Counted from the first letter of the stretch, positions 10,056 through 23,223 are shown. The stretch is 64,000 nucleotides of DNA from Nitrospira sp. (GCA_047150005.1 AP038806.1:512001-576000), one strand, 5' to 3'. Notes: generated from the sequence alone by a model not told the origin. Numbers and translations are program-made.

Positions 10056-10861
10056 ATGTCCTCCGACTCTTGCTCGTGGACCACCGATCGGCAGATACCC
10101 CGCTTGGTGCCCTCGAGAAACGTCAGCACGGTCATGACGTCCGGCTGATCGTTGAACTCCGCCTTCGCGAGCTTCGCCGCTTCGGCGGTCCGATGGCCGG
10201 ACCGGAACAATAAGTCGTAGGCCCGCTTGAGCACGGCGATCCGGTCGGCCGAGAAGCCGTGCCGGCGGAGACCGACGGAGTTGAGCCCGTACATCCGCGC
10301 GCGATAGCCTCCCGCGGCCCGCATGAAGGGCGGCAAATCCTGCCCCAGGGCGCAACAGCCGCCCACCATCGAATAGGCCCCGATGCGTACATATTGATGG
10401 ATACCGCTCAGGCCGCCGATGATCGCATGGTCGCCGATGGTGATGTGGCCGGCTAAACTCGCCGCGTTGGCCAGAATGAGATGGCTGCCCAGATGGCAAT
10501 CGTGCGCCACGTGTACGTAGGCCATGAGAAAATTCTTGGAGCCGATGGTCGTCTCGCCGCCGCCCTGCATGGTCGCCCGGTTGACCGTGACGTATTCGCG
10601 GAGGATGTTGTCGTCTCCGAGGATGACCCGCGTCGGCTCCCCTTTGTACTGCAGGTGCTGCGGCGGGCCTCCGACCGAGACGAAGGGATGCAGCTCGCAG
10701 CGTTCGCCGATCTGCGTCCATCCTTCGACGCTGACATGGGAGAAAAGCGTCGTGCCTTTCCCGATGGTCACATGCTCGCCGACGACGCAGAAGGGGCCGA
10801 CGACCACGTCGTCGGCCAGTTTCGCCTTGGGATGAACGATGGCTTGTGGATGAATCTGCAC
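10052..10861 (-). CDS. lpxA: UDP-N-acetylglucosamine acyltransferase
   Basis: Hexapeptide repeats, REYVTVNRAT, HVAHDC, LAGH, GLNSVGLRR. Confidence 0.96.
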   Translation of the reverse strand: MQIHPQAIVHPKAKLADDVVVGPFCVVGEHVTIGKGTTLFSHVSVEGWTQIGERCELHPFVSVGGPPQHLQYKGEPTRVILGDDNILREYVTVNRATMQGGGETTIGSKNFLMAYVHVAHDCHLGSHLILANAASLAGHITIGDHAIIGGLSGIHQYVRIGAYSMVGGCCALGQDLPPFMRAAGGYRARMYGLNSVGLRRHGFSADRIAVLKRAYDLLFRSGHRTAEAAKLAKAEFNDQPDVMTVLTFLEGTKRGICRSVVHEQESEDM

Positions 10862-10950
10862 GCGCTACCTCCAGTCAACGTTGATCGTCACTCGTACATT
10901 CCTGATCACGCACGGGTTGAGCCCCGGCTCCCTGACGCACGTGGAACGAT

Positions 10951-11400
10951 TCACGTCGGCGCCTGCTCTTCGGTCACCATGGCGGTCACTTCCGCTTCGC
11001 ACACCAGCTCGGTCTCCACGAACGCCTTCCCCTGCATCTTCCAGAACGGCGCCCGTTTCTTCACCACGTCGATTTCGAACCGCAGCCGGTCGCCCGGCAC
11101 CACGGGCTTGCGGAACTTCGCTCCGTCCACCCCGGTGAGATACACCACGGGCCGCTTGCTCTGCCCCGTCGACTTGAACGCCAGCAGCCCGCCGACCTGG
11201 GCCATCGCCTCGAGGATCAGCACCCCCGGCATCACCGGCCGGCCGGGGAAGTGACCCTGGAAAAACGGCTCGTTGATCGTGACGTTCTTGATTCCCACGA
11301 TCCGACGATCCGGGTCCAGCTCCAACACCCGGTCGACCAGGAGAAACGGATACCGGTGCGGCAAGAGCGCTTGAATATCGGCCTGTTCCATCACGGACAT
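10951..11400 (-). CDS. fabZ: 3-hydroxyacyl-ACP dehydratase
   Basis: LPHRYPFLLVDRV, FFQGHFPGRPVMPGVLILEAMAQ; GGAGG upstream of ATG 11400. Confidence 0.97.
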   Translation of the reverse strand: MSVMEQADIQALLPHRYPFLLVDRVLELDPDRRIVGIKNVTINEPFFQGHFPGRPVMPGVLILEAMAQVGGLLAFKSTGQSKRPVVYLTGVDGAKFRKPVVPGDRLRFEIDVVKKRAPFWKMQGKAFVETELVCEAEVTAMVTEEQAPT

Positions 11401-11507
11401 CGTCGGACCCTCCATACCAAGCTTCGCTTGAGCCGCTCGCTTCGATCACATGCGAGCGGATAGTTATTTTGGGCGGGACCCGCCATTTCTACACAATCGC
11501 CTCATCT

Positions 11508-12041
11508 CTATTTATTCTGCTTGTCGAATTCCTTCACCACCTGATCGGTCAGGTCCAGCGCCGGCTGGTGATAGATGACGATCCGGATCGCCGCCTCGTT
11601 TCCCTTGTCGAGGATGGCGACATAGCCCTCGCGCTGCGCGACGACGCGCGCCGCGTCCTCGACTTTCTTGGCGTATTCGGCGACCGTCTCACGCTGCTTT
11701 TGCTGGATCTCCCGGTTGAAATCGGCCAGTCGTCGCTGGTAGGCCTCGATCTTCGCCTGGAATTGGCTCTGCTTCTCCTGCTTGGCCTGGTCGCTCAGGT
11801 TGGGATCCTGGATCGACTGTTCCAGCTCCTTCAACTCCTGATCGTCGGAATTGATGATCTTCTGCCGGGTCGCGGAATACGCCTTCAGCTCCTCCAGCGC
11901 TCGGTTGCCCGCTTTCGACTTTTCAACGACGGCTTGCTGGTCCATCACGGCCACCCGCAACGACTCGGCCGCCCAGACCGGTGCGGCCGCCGCCAGGGCC
12001 GCGACCATCACCGTCAATACTGTGCCCAATCCGGTGCTCAT
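11508..12041 (-). CDS. skp: OmpH/Skp periplasmic chaperone
   Basis: Signal peptide, VAVMDQQAVVEKSKAG, coiled coil, DLTDQVVKE; downstream of bamA. Confidence 0.88.
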   Translation of the reverse strand: MSTGLGTVLTVMVAALAAAAPVWAAESLRVAVMDQQAVVEKSKAGNRALEELKAYSATRQKIINSDDQELKELEQSIQDPNLSDQAKQEKQSQFQAKIEAYQRRLADFNREIQQKQRETVAEYAKKVEDAARVVAQREGYVAILDKGNEAAIRIVIYHQPALDLTDQVVKEFDKQNK

Positions 12042-12087
12042 GAAATACTCCTCCTCTTGATCGCCCGTCTCACCCTCGTCCCGCCGC

Positions 12088-12645
12088 TCACGGGTATACG
12101 CGGTTGAACTCTTCGATCACTTCGTTGGTGATATCCAGCTCCGGCTCCCCGTAAATGGCCGGCCCGCCCTTGCCCTTGTCGATCACAATCTGGAGGTCAT
12201 GCCGCTTCGCCACCTTGCCGACCACGATCTCCACCTTCTCGCGAAATCCGTCGAGCACATCCTTCTGCTTTTCCTGGACCTCGCGGTTGAGCTCCCCGGC
12301 CTTTTGCTGATACTCGGCCATGCGCCGCCGGAAAATCTGCTCTCGCTCGTTCTTGGCGGCCGGACTCAGCACGCTCGCCTGCTTGATGAAGTCCTCTTCC
12401 ATCCGCCGGAGTTCCTTTTCCTCGATCTCGATCAGCGCCTGGCGGCTCTTGGAAAAGGTGGTCAGCGTGTCCTTGGCCTTCTTGCCGGCGTTCGAATCGT
12501 TGAGCAGCTTGGTCGGATCGACGAGGCCGATTCGTCCTTCGATCTTCGTGCTGGCGCAGCCGGCAATCGAGCCGATGGAGACGGCCAGGCAGAGCAGCCA
12601 CGCCGCCTGTACTCGGCAAAGTCTGTGCGGGAGGATAGTAGACAT
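12088..12645 (-). CDS. Second OmpH/Skp-family chaperone (possible lipoprotein)
   Basis: IGLVDPTKLLNDSNAGKKA...DITNEVIEEFN; IAGC lipobox-like motif. Confidence 0.85.
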   Translation of the reverse strand: MSTILPHRLCRVQAAWLLCLAVSIGSIAGCASTKIEGRIGLVDPTKLLNDSNAGKKAKDTLTTFSKSRQALIEIEEKELRRMEEDFIKQASVLSPAAKNEREQIFRRRMAEYQQKAGELNREVQEKQKDVLDGFREKVEIVVGKVAKRHDLQIVIDKGKGGPAIYGEPELDITNEVIEEFNRVYP

Positions 12646-12664
12646 GTCACGTGTTCCTTTTTAC

Positions 12665-15097
12665 CTAGAAGAGAGAGCCGATGGTGAACTCAAACACTCC
12701 CTTACGCTCGCCCGGCCTGGGATCGAGGTTGATACCGTAGGCCGCGCGTAGCGGGCCGAACGGCGAGATCCACCGCCCTTCGAGGCCCGCGGCCGGCCGA
12801 AGATCGAACGACACCTGTTCGCCGTCGTTAAAACCCTTTCCATAGTCGAAGAAAATGACGCCGTTCAGCTTGGCGTCCGACGAGATCGTGAAAATGAAGT
12901 CGTTGTTGAAAATCAGCTCCCGAGCGGCGCCCAACAGCGATCCGCTTTCGGTCACGGGTCCCGCCCGGCCGAACACGAAACCGCGCATCGTGTTGATGCC
13001 TCCGACGAAGAACCGCTCCGTCAACGGAATCGGCTTGCCGTTGAGCCCCTCGGCGGCGCCGTACCGCACGCGGAAGGCGAATCGCGTGTCCATGGGCAAC
13101 GGGGTGTATTTAATCACATCCAAGTAGTACTTGATGAAATTGTTGGTGCCGCCCAGGTACGGCGTACCCAGGTCGAAGCCGACGCTCGTGCGCCATCCGG
13201 TCCGCGGATCGAGATAATAGTCCCGGGTATCCCGCGCGAGAGAGGTGCGGAACCCCGTCGTGCTCTGGGTGCCCAACTGCTGCAGGACCAGTTCAGGGGC
13301 GCCGGCGATCGGATCGCTGAAGTTGAGCTGCTCCGCCACGAGGCTGAAGCTCCCGGTGACGTACTCCGAGAGCCACCGGCCGAACGTGATGCTCGCGCCG
13401 GTCTTTCGCTCGAAATAGGTGATGTAGTTCGTCTGGCTCCGGAAGAGGTCCAGTTGCATGGACGTGAGCGAATCGTTCAGGTACGGGTTCCGGAACGTGA
13501 TCAGACCGAGGGTACGCTGCTGGCCGAGTTGGCCGCGGATCCGGCCCATCCAGCCGTTGCCGCCCAGGTTGCCTTCCGTGATGTCGGCGATGGCCACGAG
13601 CCGGTCCAAGGTGCTGAACCCGCCGCCGACGCTGAACTGCCCGGTCGCCTTCTCCTTGACCCGCACGTTGAGGTCCACCTTGTCCGCGTCCACCTGCTGA
13701 GGCAGGATTTCGACGGTCTCGAAGAAGTTGAGGTTGTTCAGCCGCTGGAAGCTGCGCTTGAGGGACGGCGTGTCGATGACGTCCTGCTCATCCACGCGCA
13801 ACTCGCGCCGGATGACGTTGTCCTTGGTCTTCTCGTTGCCGTTGATGTTGATCTGCCGGATCCGCATCATCTCGCCTTCCCTGATGTTCAGGGTGATGAC
13901 GGCGGTCCGCTCCTCCGGATTGGGGGTGACGTTGGGCACGACGTCGGCGAAGGCGTAGCCCTTGCTGCCGTACAGGTCGGTCAGCCGGCTGATCTCGTCT
14001 CGGATTTTTTGGCGCTGGAAAATTTCCCCTTCTTTGATCTTCAGCTTCTCGCGCAGCTCCGGCTCCTCGAACACCGTGTTGCCGCGGAACCCGACTTCGG
14101 CCACCGTGAACGGTTCCCCTTCAACGATGGGATAGGTCACGGTGAACCATTTTTTGTCCTCGCTCAGATCGACCGCCGGCAGGCCGACCTGGGCGTTGAG
14201 ATAGCCGCGGTTGAGCAGGATTTCCTTGATGCGCTCGACGTCGTTGTTCATTTCCTCGCGCTTCAGCACCCCGGCGTCGGAGAGAAAGGACGGCAGCTTG
14301 AGCTGGGTGACCAGGCCGTACCAGGGCACCCATTCCCGGGTCGCCATCACCTTGAACATGTCGTCCTTGGTCGCTGAGCGCAGCCCTTCGAAGTTCACCG
14401 TCTTCACCTTGGCCTTCTCGCCCTCCTTGACGAAGAACGTCAGCCGCTTGCGGTCTTCGTCGAGAGTCTGCACGATGGGGATGACTTGGCAATCGAAGAA
14501 GCCGTCTTCCTGGTACGCCAAGCGGACCTTCTCGGCGCTCTCCTTGGCCTGCTGCTGGTCGAGGAACGCCTGGCTCTTGATGGTGACCTTTTCTTTCAGC
14601 TTGTCGTCGCTCAGCTCCTCGTTACCGTCGAAGACGATCTCCGTGATGAACGGTTTCTCGCGCACCAGAAACGTGAGTCCGATGCCGTCCGCCGCGGATT
14701 CCGTCTCGACCTGCACGTCCTCGAAGTAGCCGGTATCGTACAGAATCTTGATCTGGCCGCGGACGTTCTCCGGCGTATAGGGGTCGCCCGCTTTCAGCGT
14801 GAGCCGCCCGGCGATGGCCTGCAGCTCGATCTTCTTGTTTCCGCGGACGTCGATCGAGGTGACTTTGACCCCGTTCGACTGCGCCAGAGCTTCGACCGCC
14901 AGCGCGACGCCGCACAGCAGAGTAATCAGCACGACCAGGAGCCAGGATGAATCGGCTGCGAGCCCCTCCCTCACTGATGTGATGCTCCATGCATAGACGA
15001 CCGACGCGATCAGCGCACACTCCACCGGGCTCGCACGTGAAACGGCAACCTGTGTCGGGGCTTCCGTCGCAGGCAACGTAGATCCGGATCGATCCAT
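12665..15097 (-). CDS. bamA: Outer membrane protein assembly factor BamA (true start probably downstream, near 14974)
   Basis: POTRA repeats, GNEKTKDNVIRRE, GGINTMRGF, WISPFGPL, C-terminal Phe. Confidence 0.95.
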   Translation of the reverse strand: MDRSGSTLPATEAPTQVAVSRASPVECALIASVVYAWSITSVREGLAADSSWLLVVLITLLCGVALAVEALAQSNGVKVTSIDVRGNKKIELQAIAGRLTLKAGDPYTPENVRGQIKILYDTGYFEDVQVETESAADGIGLTFLVREKPFITEIVFDGNEELSDDKLKEKVTIKSQAFLDQQQAKESAEKVRLAYQEDGFFDCQVIPIVQTLDEDRKRLTFFVKEGEKAKVKTVNFEGLRSATKDDMFKVMATREWVPWYGLVTQLKLPSFLSDAGVLKREEMNNDVERIKEILLNRGYLNAQVGLPAVDLSEDKKWFTVTYPIVEGEPFTVAEVGFRGNTVFEEPELREKLKIKEGEIFQRQKIRDEISRLTDLYGSKGYAFADVVPNVTPNPEERTAVITLNIREGEMMRIRQININGNEKTKDNVIRRELRVDEQDVIDTPSLKRSFQRLNNLNFFETVEILPQQVDADKVDLNVRVKEKATGQFSVGGGFSTLDRLVAIADITEGNLGGNGWMGRIRGQLGQQRTLGLITFRNPYLNDSLTSMQLDLFRSQTNYITYFERKTGASITFGRWLSEYVTGSFSLVAEQLNFSDPIAGAPELVLQQLGTQSTTGFRTSLARDTRDYYLDPRTGWRTSVGFDLGTPYLGGTNNFIKYYLDVIKYTPLPMDTRFAFRVRYGAAEGLNGKPIPLTERFFVGGINTMRGFVFGRAGPVTESGSLLGAARELIFNNDFIFTISSDAKLNGVIFFDYGKGFNDGEQVSFDLRPAAGLEGRWISPFGPLRAAYGINLDPRPGERKGVFEFTIGSLF

Positions 15098-15273
15098 TGC
15101 TGACGGCGGCCATGAAGGTAATTGACGTGAGAAGCCGATGCGCTCGGCGCAGACGCACCCTCACGAACGTTCCACGCAAAACTGATGGATTATATGAAGC
15201 AAGTATTTCAATGTAAAGCGGTTTGGGCCGGTCGGCTCGTCGCCGCGCGCGGCTCGCGGCGATGATGCATTTC

Positions 15274-15302
15274 TTGACTTCACCTACCCCATCACATACT
15301 AT
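15274..15302 (+). promoter_or_regulatory. sigma70-type promoter of galU (probably leaderless)
   Basis: TTGACT-17 nt-TACTAT, with ATG 6 nt downstream. Confidence 0.6.
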
Positions 15303-15308
15303 CAGCGC

Positions 15309-16220
15309 ATGTCTCGCTCGAACGTCCGCAAGGCCATCATTCCCGCCGCCGGAATGGGTACCAGGTTCCTCCCCGCCACCAAGGCATCGCCCAAGGAAAT
15401 GTTGCCGCTAGTCGACAAGCCGCTGATCCAGTACGCGGTGGAAGAGGCCGTCGCCTCCGGCATCGAAGACATCATCGTGGTGACGGGCCGGGGCAAGCGG
15501 GCCATCGAAGACCATTTCGACCGGTCGGTTGAATTGGAAGAAAATCTCAAGGGCAACGGCAAAGCCCAGCTGCTCAGCCAGATGCGGCACATCTCCAATC
15601 TGGCCAATTTCTGCTACGTCCGGCAATCCGAAGCGCTCGGCTTGGGGCACGCGGTGCTCTGCGCCCAACGGCTGATCGGCGACGAGCCGTTCGCCGTCAT
15701 CCTCGGCGACGAGATCATCGATGCCCAAGTGCCGGGGCTGGCCCAGCTCATCCATACCTACAAGCGCCGGAACGGCGCGGTGCTTGGCGTCCAGGAGGTC
15801 CCCCATCAGGAAGTGAACCGCTACGGCATCGTGTCTCCGGGGAAGCTCGGAAGCGGACTGCACCGGGTGCTTGACGTGGTCGAGAAGCCGTCGCCTTCGG
15901 ACGCGCCGTCGAATCTCGCGGTCATCGGCCGGTACGTGCTGCCTCCGGACGTGTTTCCGATCCTGCGAAAGACCAGACCCGGCAAGAACGGCGAGATCCA
16001 GCTCACGGACGCCTTGAAGGAGCTGGCGCGCGCCCACCCGATGTACGCCTTGGAGGTCCAAGGGCAACGGTACGACGCCGGCGACAAGCTGGGATTCCTC
16101 ATCGCGACGGTGGAGTTCGCGCTGAAGAACCCCGCACTGGGTTCGGAATTCGCTGACTACCTTCACGCACGGATGACGCCCCAGAAGGGACAGCGCCGAC
16201 CCCGCGCCCACAAGGCCTGA
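15309..16220 (+). CDS. galU: UTP-glucose-1-phosphate uridylyltransferase
   Basis: KAIIPAAGMGTRFLPATKASPKEMLP, VEKP, GEIQLTDA. Confidence 0.97.
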   Translation: MSRSNVRKAIIPAAGMGTRFLPATKASPKEMLPLVDKPLIQYAVEEAVASGIEDIIVVTGRGKRAIEDHFDRSVELEENLKGNGKAQLLSQMRHISNLANFCYVRQSEALGLGHAVLCAQRLIGDEPFAVILGDEIIDAQVPGLAQLIHTYKRRNGAVLGVQEVPHQEVNRYGIVSPGKLGSGLHRVLDVVEKPSPSDAPSNLAVIGRYVLPPDVFPILRKTRPGKNGEIQLTDALKELARAHPMYALEVQGQRYDAGDKLGFLIATVEFALKNPALGSEFADYLHARMTPQKGQRRPRAHKA

Positions 16221-16292
16221 CCGCGCCGCCGATTGCTTCACCAGACCTGAGCTACCAGAGTCGAGAGCGCACGGCACCATGAGATCACATCC

Positions 16293-18800
<2,508 letters not shown>

Positions 18801-18801
18801 C

Positions 18802-19866
18802 ATGGCGGCCCGGCACAAGGCACGCGCTTCGCTCCGTGAGTTCGACTTGATCCGCTCGCTCCGCCGGCTCTGTGCAGGCCGTGATGCGTCGCTCCGGCGC
18901 GGCATCGGGGACGACACGGCCGTGACGGCCGGTCCTCCCGGCCGCGACCTGCTGCTGACGACCGACCTGCTCGCCGACGGGGTGCACTTCGATCGACGGA
19001 CGGCCGCCTTCTTCGACATCGGCTTCCGCAGCGCCGCGGCGAATTTGAGCGACATCGCGGCGATGGGCGGCGCACCGAAGTATCTGCTGATCGCCTTGGC
19101 CATCCCCGACGGCGCGACCGGTCGCCAGGTGCGCGAGCTGTATCGAGGCATGATGGCGGCCTGCCGGCCGCACCATGTCCTGGTGATCGGGGGAGACACC
19201 TCCGCTTCGACCGGCGGCTGGTTCATCGGCGTGACCGCCGTCGGGACCGTGGAACGGGGACGGGCGCTACTGCGCAGCGGCGCGAGGGTGGGCGACGCAA
19301 TCTATGTCACCGGCACGCTCGGAGATTCGCTGGCCGGCCTGGCATTGGCAAACGAGCGCCTCCGTCCGATTGGACAGCGCCACCAGACCAACACCTTATC
19401 CTCTCGCCATCGGCGGTTTCTGCTCAAGCGGCATCTGCGGCCGGACGCCAGCGTGGCTGCCGGCCGGTGGCTGGTCCGGGAGCGGCTCGCGAGTTCGGCC
19501 ATCGACTTGTCGGACGGTCTTTCAGGCGACATCCGGCATCTCTGTGAAGAAAGCCGGGTGGGCGCTGAAATCGACACGGCCTCGCTCCCCTTGTCGCAGG
19601 CTGGTCTGGCCTATGCGGAAGCGACCGGGTCGGATCCGATCCGGATGGCGCTCACCGGGGGCGAAGACTACGAACTCTTGTTCACGACGCCGAGTCGGCT
19701 GTGCGGGCGGCTCGAACGAACGGCGCGGCGAAAGGGATTCCACCTGACGAAGATCGGAACGATCAGGCCGGCGCGCTTCGGCATTCGGGCTCGGTCGGCC
19801 GAGGGCCTGCGGCCGCTCCCGGTCACGAGCTACCGGCACTTTCAATTACCGCGCGGAGAATCCTGA
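18802..19866 (+). CDS. thiL: Thiamine-monophosphate kinase
   Basis: EFDLI, GIGDDTA, NLSDIAAMG, GGDT, IDLSDGL, GGEDYELLF. Confidence 0.95.
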   Translation: MAARHKARASLREFDLIRSLRRLCAGRDASLRRGIGDDTAVTAGPPGRDLLLTTDLLADGVHFDRRTAAFFDIGFRSAAANLSDIAAMGGAPKYLLIALAIPDGATGRQVRELYRGMMAACRPHHVLVIGGDTSASTGGWFIGVTAVGTVERGRALLRSGARVGDAIYVTGTLGDSLAGLALANERLRPIGQRHQTNTLSSRHRRFLLKRHLRPDASVAAGRWLVRERLASSAIDLSDGLSGDIRHLCEESRVGAEIDTASLPLSQAGLAYAEATGSDPIRMALTGGEDYELLFTTPSRLCGRLERTARRKGFHLTKIGTIRPARFGIRARSAEGLRPLPVTSYRHFQLPRGES

Positions 19867-19871
19867 GATCC

Positions 19872-20402
19872 ATGGCACGCTTCCGCTCGCTTTTGCGCCA
19901 AATCCTTCACCTGCAGGAATCCCCCGAGCGCACCGCCGTGGCCTTCGCCATCGGCGTCGCCATCGCCTTCTGCCCGCTCTACGGCCTGCACACGGCACTG
20001 GTCATCTTCTGTACCTGGGCCTTCGGACTGAATTTCGTCGCGCTGATGGCCGGCGCGCTGATCAACAATCCCTGGACGATTGTGCCGGTCCTCGGTGCCA
20101 CCTACTGGACCGGCGCGATGATCCTGGGCCGGACGGAGGTGCCCACCTTCGATTGGCACGACTTGAGCTTCATGGCGGTCTATCAACAAGTCATGCCCTA
20201 TGCCGTTCCCTTCGTGCTCGGAGGGACCATCCTGAGCCTGATCGGGGCGCTGCTTGCCTACCCGCTCGCCTACTATCTGATCAGCAAGTATCGCCGGCCA
20301 GGCCACGGACCGATGCACCAGCCCATCCAGCATGCGGCCGCTCAAGCGCCGCTGAGCGCGTCAGGCCGCGAGGCATTGCCGCCCCGCGATCCGCTGGGCT
20401 AA
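19872..20402 (+). CDS. DUF2062-family membrane protein
   Basis: ESPERTAVAFAIGV...P.YGLHT...NNPWT pattern; ATG at 19872. Confidence 0.8.
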   Translation: MARFRSLLRQILHLQESPERTAVAFAIGVAIAFCPLYGLHTALVIFCTWAFGLNFVALMAGALINNPWTIVPVLGATYWTGAMILGRTEVPTFDWHDLSFMAVYQQVMPYAVPFVLGGTILSLIGALLAYPLAYYLISKYRRPGHGPMHQPIQHAAAQAPLSASGREALPPRDPLG

Positions 20403-20417
20403 GATGACAGCGTCCCT

Positions 20418-21845
20418 ATGACGCCGCCGGACTCCCCGCGCCAATCCAACGCTCCCTATGACGGTTCGGCGTTGATCGCCGATCCCATTCACAAGTACGT
20501 CTCCTTCACCGTCCCCTACGCGCAATCGGACCAGCGCGAACGCACCGAGAAGGACCTGATCGATTCGCCCTGGGTCCAGCGGCTCCGGTACATCTATCAA
20601 TTGCAGAGCGCCCGTTGGGTCTATCCCTCTGCGGAGCACACTCGTTTCGTGCACTCACTCGGCACCATGCACGTGGCGGGACAGTTCGCGAGACACCTCT
20701 ACCCCTTCTTGAAGAAAGTGGCTCCCGACGTCCCCTCCGCGCACTACGTCGAATCCTTCCTGCGCGTGACCGCCCTCGCGCACGACATCGGGCACGGCCC
20801 CTTCTGCCATTTTTTCGACGACAATTTTCTCCACTCCTTCAACGCGAGCCACGAACGACTCGGGCAGATCATCATCCGGGAACATCTCGGGCCGATCATC
20901 CGAAAGATCCGCCGCAGCCCTTCCGGGCCATTTCTGAAGGGAGAGGAACTCGACCCGGATCAGATCGCGCACGTGATCCTGAAGGAAAAGAGCAAAGACA
21001 ACTCCCGCCTGCCCCGCTGGCTCAATCTGCTGCAGCCGGTGATCGGCGGCAGCTACACGGCGGACAATCTGGATTATGTGCTGCGCGACTCCTACATGTG
21101 CGGCGTGGCGGTGGGCCCGGTCGATCTCACCAGGCTGATCCACTACACGATCATCACCGACAAGGGCTTCACGATCCACAAGACGGGGCTGCCGGCGCTC
21201 CAGATGTTCCTGAACACGCGGATGTATCTGTATTCCAACGTGTACTTCCACCGGACGACCAGGGCGATCGACATCCATCTGCGGGACATTTTTGGCGACA
21301 CGATGAAGCTCATCTTCCCCCACGACCCGCGGAAGAAGATGGACGACTATCTCACGCTGACCGACTGGTCGCTGCTCGAGCAGGCGCGCAGCTGGAGAAC
21401 ATCCCGGCAGAGCGAAGAGCGGCGCCTCGGCGAGGAATGGGCGCGAATCCTCGACCGAAACGTGAAGTGGAAAATGGCCTACAGCACCGTGCTGAAGGAA
21501 AAGGGGCAGGAGCGCGGCATGGACTTCCCCAGCGACGAACACTTCGCCAAGCAGATCAGGAAAGAACTACCGGCGTCGCTTCAGAAAATCGAGTTCCGCG
21601 TCGACATGGCCCCGCTGGATCCTCGTCCCGATCCCAAGGACCGCCGAGGCAATCCCCTGTACGTCTACGACCCCGGCACGAAACAGGTCTCGGCGGAACC
21701 GCTGGAGGAGTTTTTGGACCTCCTGCCGACCCGCCTGGTCCAGTTCCGCATCTACTCTCACGACCACGAACACGACGCGGCACTCTCGCGCGCCGCCGCC
21801 ACGGTCTTGAACAAGACGCCCTCCAGCCTCGAATCCAACTACTAA
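20418..21845 (+). CDS. HD-domain phosphohydrolase (dNTPase/SAMHD1-like)
   Basis: QRLRYIYQL, EHTRFVHSLG, HDIGHGPF, DNLDYVLRDS, VYFHRT. Confidence 0.9.
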   Translation: MTPPDSPRQSNAPYDGSALIADPIHKYVSFTVPYAQSDQRERTEKDLIDSPWVQRLRYIYQLQSARWVYPSAEHTRFVHSLGTMHVAGQFARHLYPFLKKVAPDVPSAHYVESFLRVTALAHDIGHGPFCHFFDDNFLHSFNASHERLGQIIIREHLGPIIRKIRRSPSGPFLKGEELDPDQIAHVILKEKSKDNSRLPRWLNLLQPVIGGSYTADNLDYVLRDSYMCGVAVGPVDLTRLIHYTIITDKGFTIHKTGLPALQMFLNTRMYLYSNVYFHRTTRAIDIHLRDIFGDTMKLIFPHDPRKKMDDYLTLTDWSLLEQARSWRTSRQSEERRLGEEWARILDRNVKWKMAYSTVLKEKGQERGMDFPSDEHFAKQIRKELPASLQKIEFRVDMAPLDPRPDPKDRRGNPLYVYDPGTKQVSAEPLEEFLDLLPTRLVQFRIYSHDHEHDAALSRAAATVLNKTPSSLESNY

Positions 21846-21852
21846 CAGGCTG

Positions 21853-22620
21853 TTAGGCGGAGACCTTCAGCGACCGGCGCTTCCAGAGCAGAGACTTTTT
21901 CTCTTCCAGGATCTTTCGCTGATCGATAGAGGGAGCGAGGAGCCCGTGCAGATGCGCGGGGAACCGTCGTTCAAATTGCTCGATCGTTCTCGATGCGTCC
22001 TCGTCGAAGCCGGTGCGTGTGAGCAGGTCAACGAGTCGAAGGTAGGCCGGTGCGACGAGGCACAGATGGCGGGGATCGGCGGCGCGCTCGATCACATACC
22101 GATAGCCTGCGGCGGCGCGATCGGCGGCGGACGTCTCGAGACACAGCCCTTCAAGCATGTGCACGTTGATCCGGTCCGTATTGGCGCTGACGCTCGTTCC
22201 CCACTCAGCCGTCACCAACCTGCGCAACTCCTCGGACGACAACCGGACCACGGTGTTCTTTGACGAGCGCTGCAGCCGCGCCACGATCTCTCTCGCCTCC
22301 GTCCATCCGCCGTACAGTCCGATCAAACGACCCTGGCAACGGCCCTCGGCCTCGCAGGGTCCGTCGGTAGGAGAGAACCCCGTCTTGTCGGCTTTCGTCG
22401 AGAGGAAGACGCGGCCCTGCGCCTGGTCGCAGACGTGGCACAACGCCGCGCCCTGCGGCGCGGCATACACATACATGCGGACGAGCGAGCGATCGAAGAG
22501 ATCGACGGCGAGAATGCGCCCGGCCCGAACTTGCGCCTGGTGGAACAGCCACAGTCCCAGCAACGCCGCGATGGCCAGGGCGTACGTCATCATCTCAAAG
22601 CTGAAGTATCCGTCTCCCAT
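21853..22620 (-). CDS. Hypothetical membrane-anchored protein with a Cys cluster
   Basis: N-terminal TM helix; CHVC...C...C; long ORF in an otherwise empty slot; start uncertain. Confidence 0.6.
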   Translation of the reverse strand: MGDGYFSFEMMTYALAIAALLGLWLFHQAQVRAGRILAVDLFDRSLVRMYVYAAPQGAALCHVCDQAQGRVFLSTKADKTGFSPTDGPCEAEGRCQGRLIGLYGGWTEAREIVARLQRSSKNTVVRLSSEELRRLVTAEWGTSVSANTDRINVHMLEGLCLETSAADRAAAGYRYVIERAADPRHLCLVAPAYLRLVDLLTRTGFDEDASRTIEQFERRFPAHLHGLLAPSIDQRKILEEKKSLLWKRRSLKVSA

Positions 22621-22857
22621 CGGCGCACCATCACAAAACACAAAGCGGTCAGACAACGCGATCAAACGAATCCAGCATACCACTCCCCTTCAGAAACCCA
22701 AGGAGATCTCGACTTCTCGAACATGCAGGCTTGCGTGAACATTTCCGGTGACAACCCCGTTTGCCGTCCTCCGCGTCGAGAACCCAAATGCGAGTTTCGC
22801 TGTCTCCGGCGCCGAACTCTTGCGATACTGACGCGAACCAGACCGCAGGAGGATCCT

Positions 22858-23223
22858 ATGTCACGCCTGGCGATTTCGATGGTCATCGCGCTCGGGTTAC
22901 TCGCGACCGCTCCGGCATCGTCACAAACGCCTGGGAGCCATCCACCGGCCAATGCCGCCGGCATCCTGAACGCCCTTCCGCCGGATCTCTATAAGAAACT
23001 GGAACGATTAGCGCAGCTTCTTGACCAGCACATCAAGGCGGGCAAGCTCACCGATGCGCAACTCCAGCAGGAACTCATGTCGGGACGATTGGAACAGACC
23101 ATCCGTAGTCTTGGACCGGAAGCGAACCAGCTGCTGGAGGAGATTCAATCGGACATGCAGAACGGCAAAGGCCCGGGAGAGAGCGCGCTGATGCCCTTGC
23201 TGGGAGGGCTGGGAGGAAAGTAA
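22858..23223 (+). CDS. Hypothetical exported protein
   Basis: AGGAGG RBS; signal peptide MSRLAISMVIALGLLATAPA. Confidence 0.75.
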   Translation: MSRLAISMVIALGLLATAPASSQTPGSHPPANAAGILNALPPDLYKKLERLAQLLDQHIKAGKLTDAQLQQELMSGRLEQTIRSLGPEANQLLEEIQSDMQNGKGPGESALMPLLGGLGGK

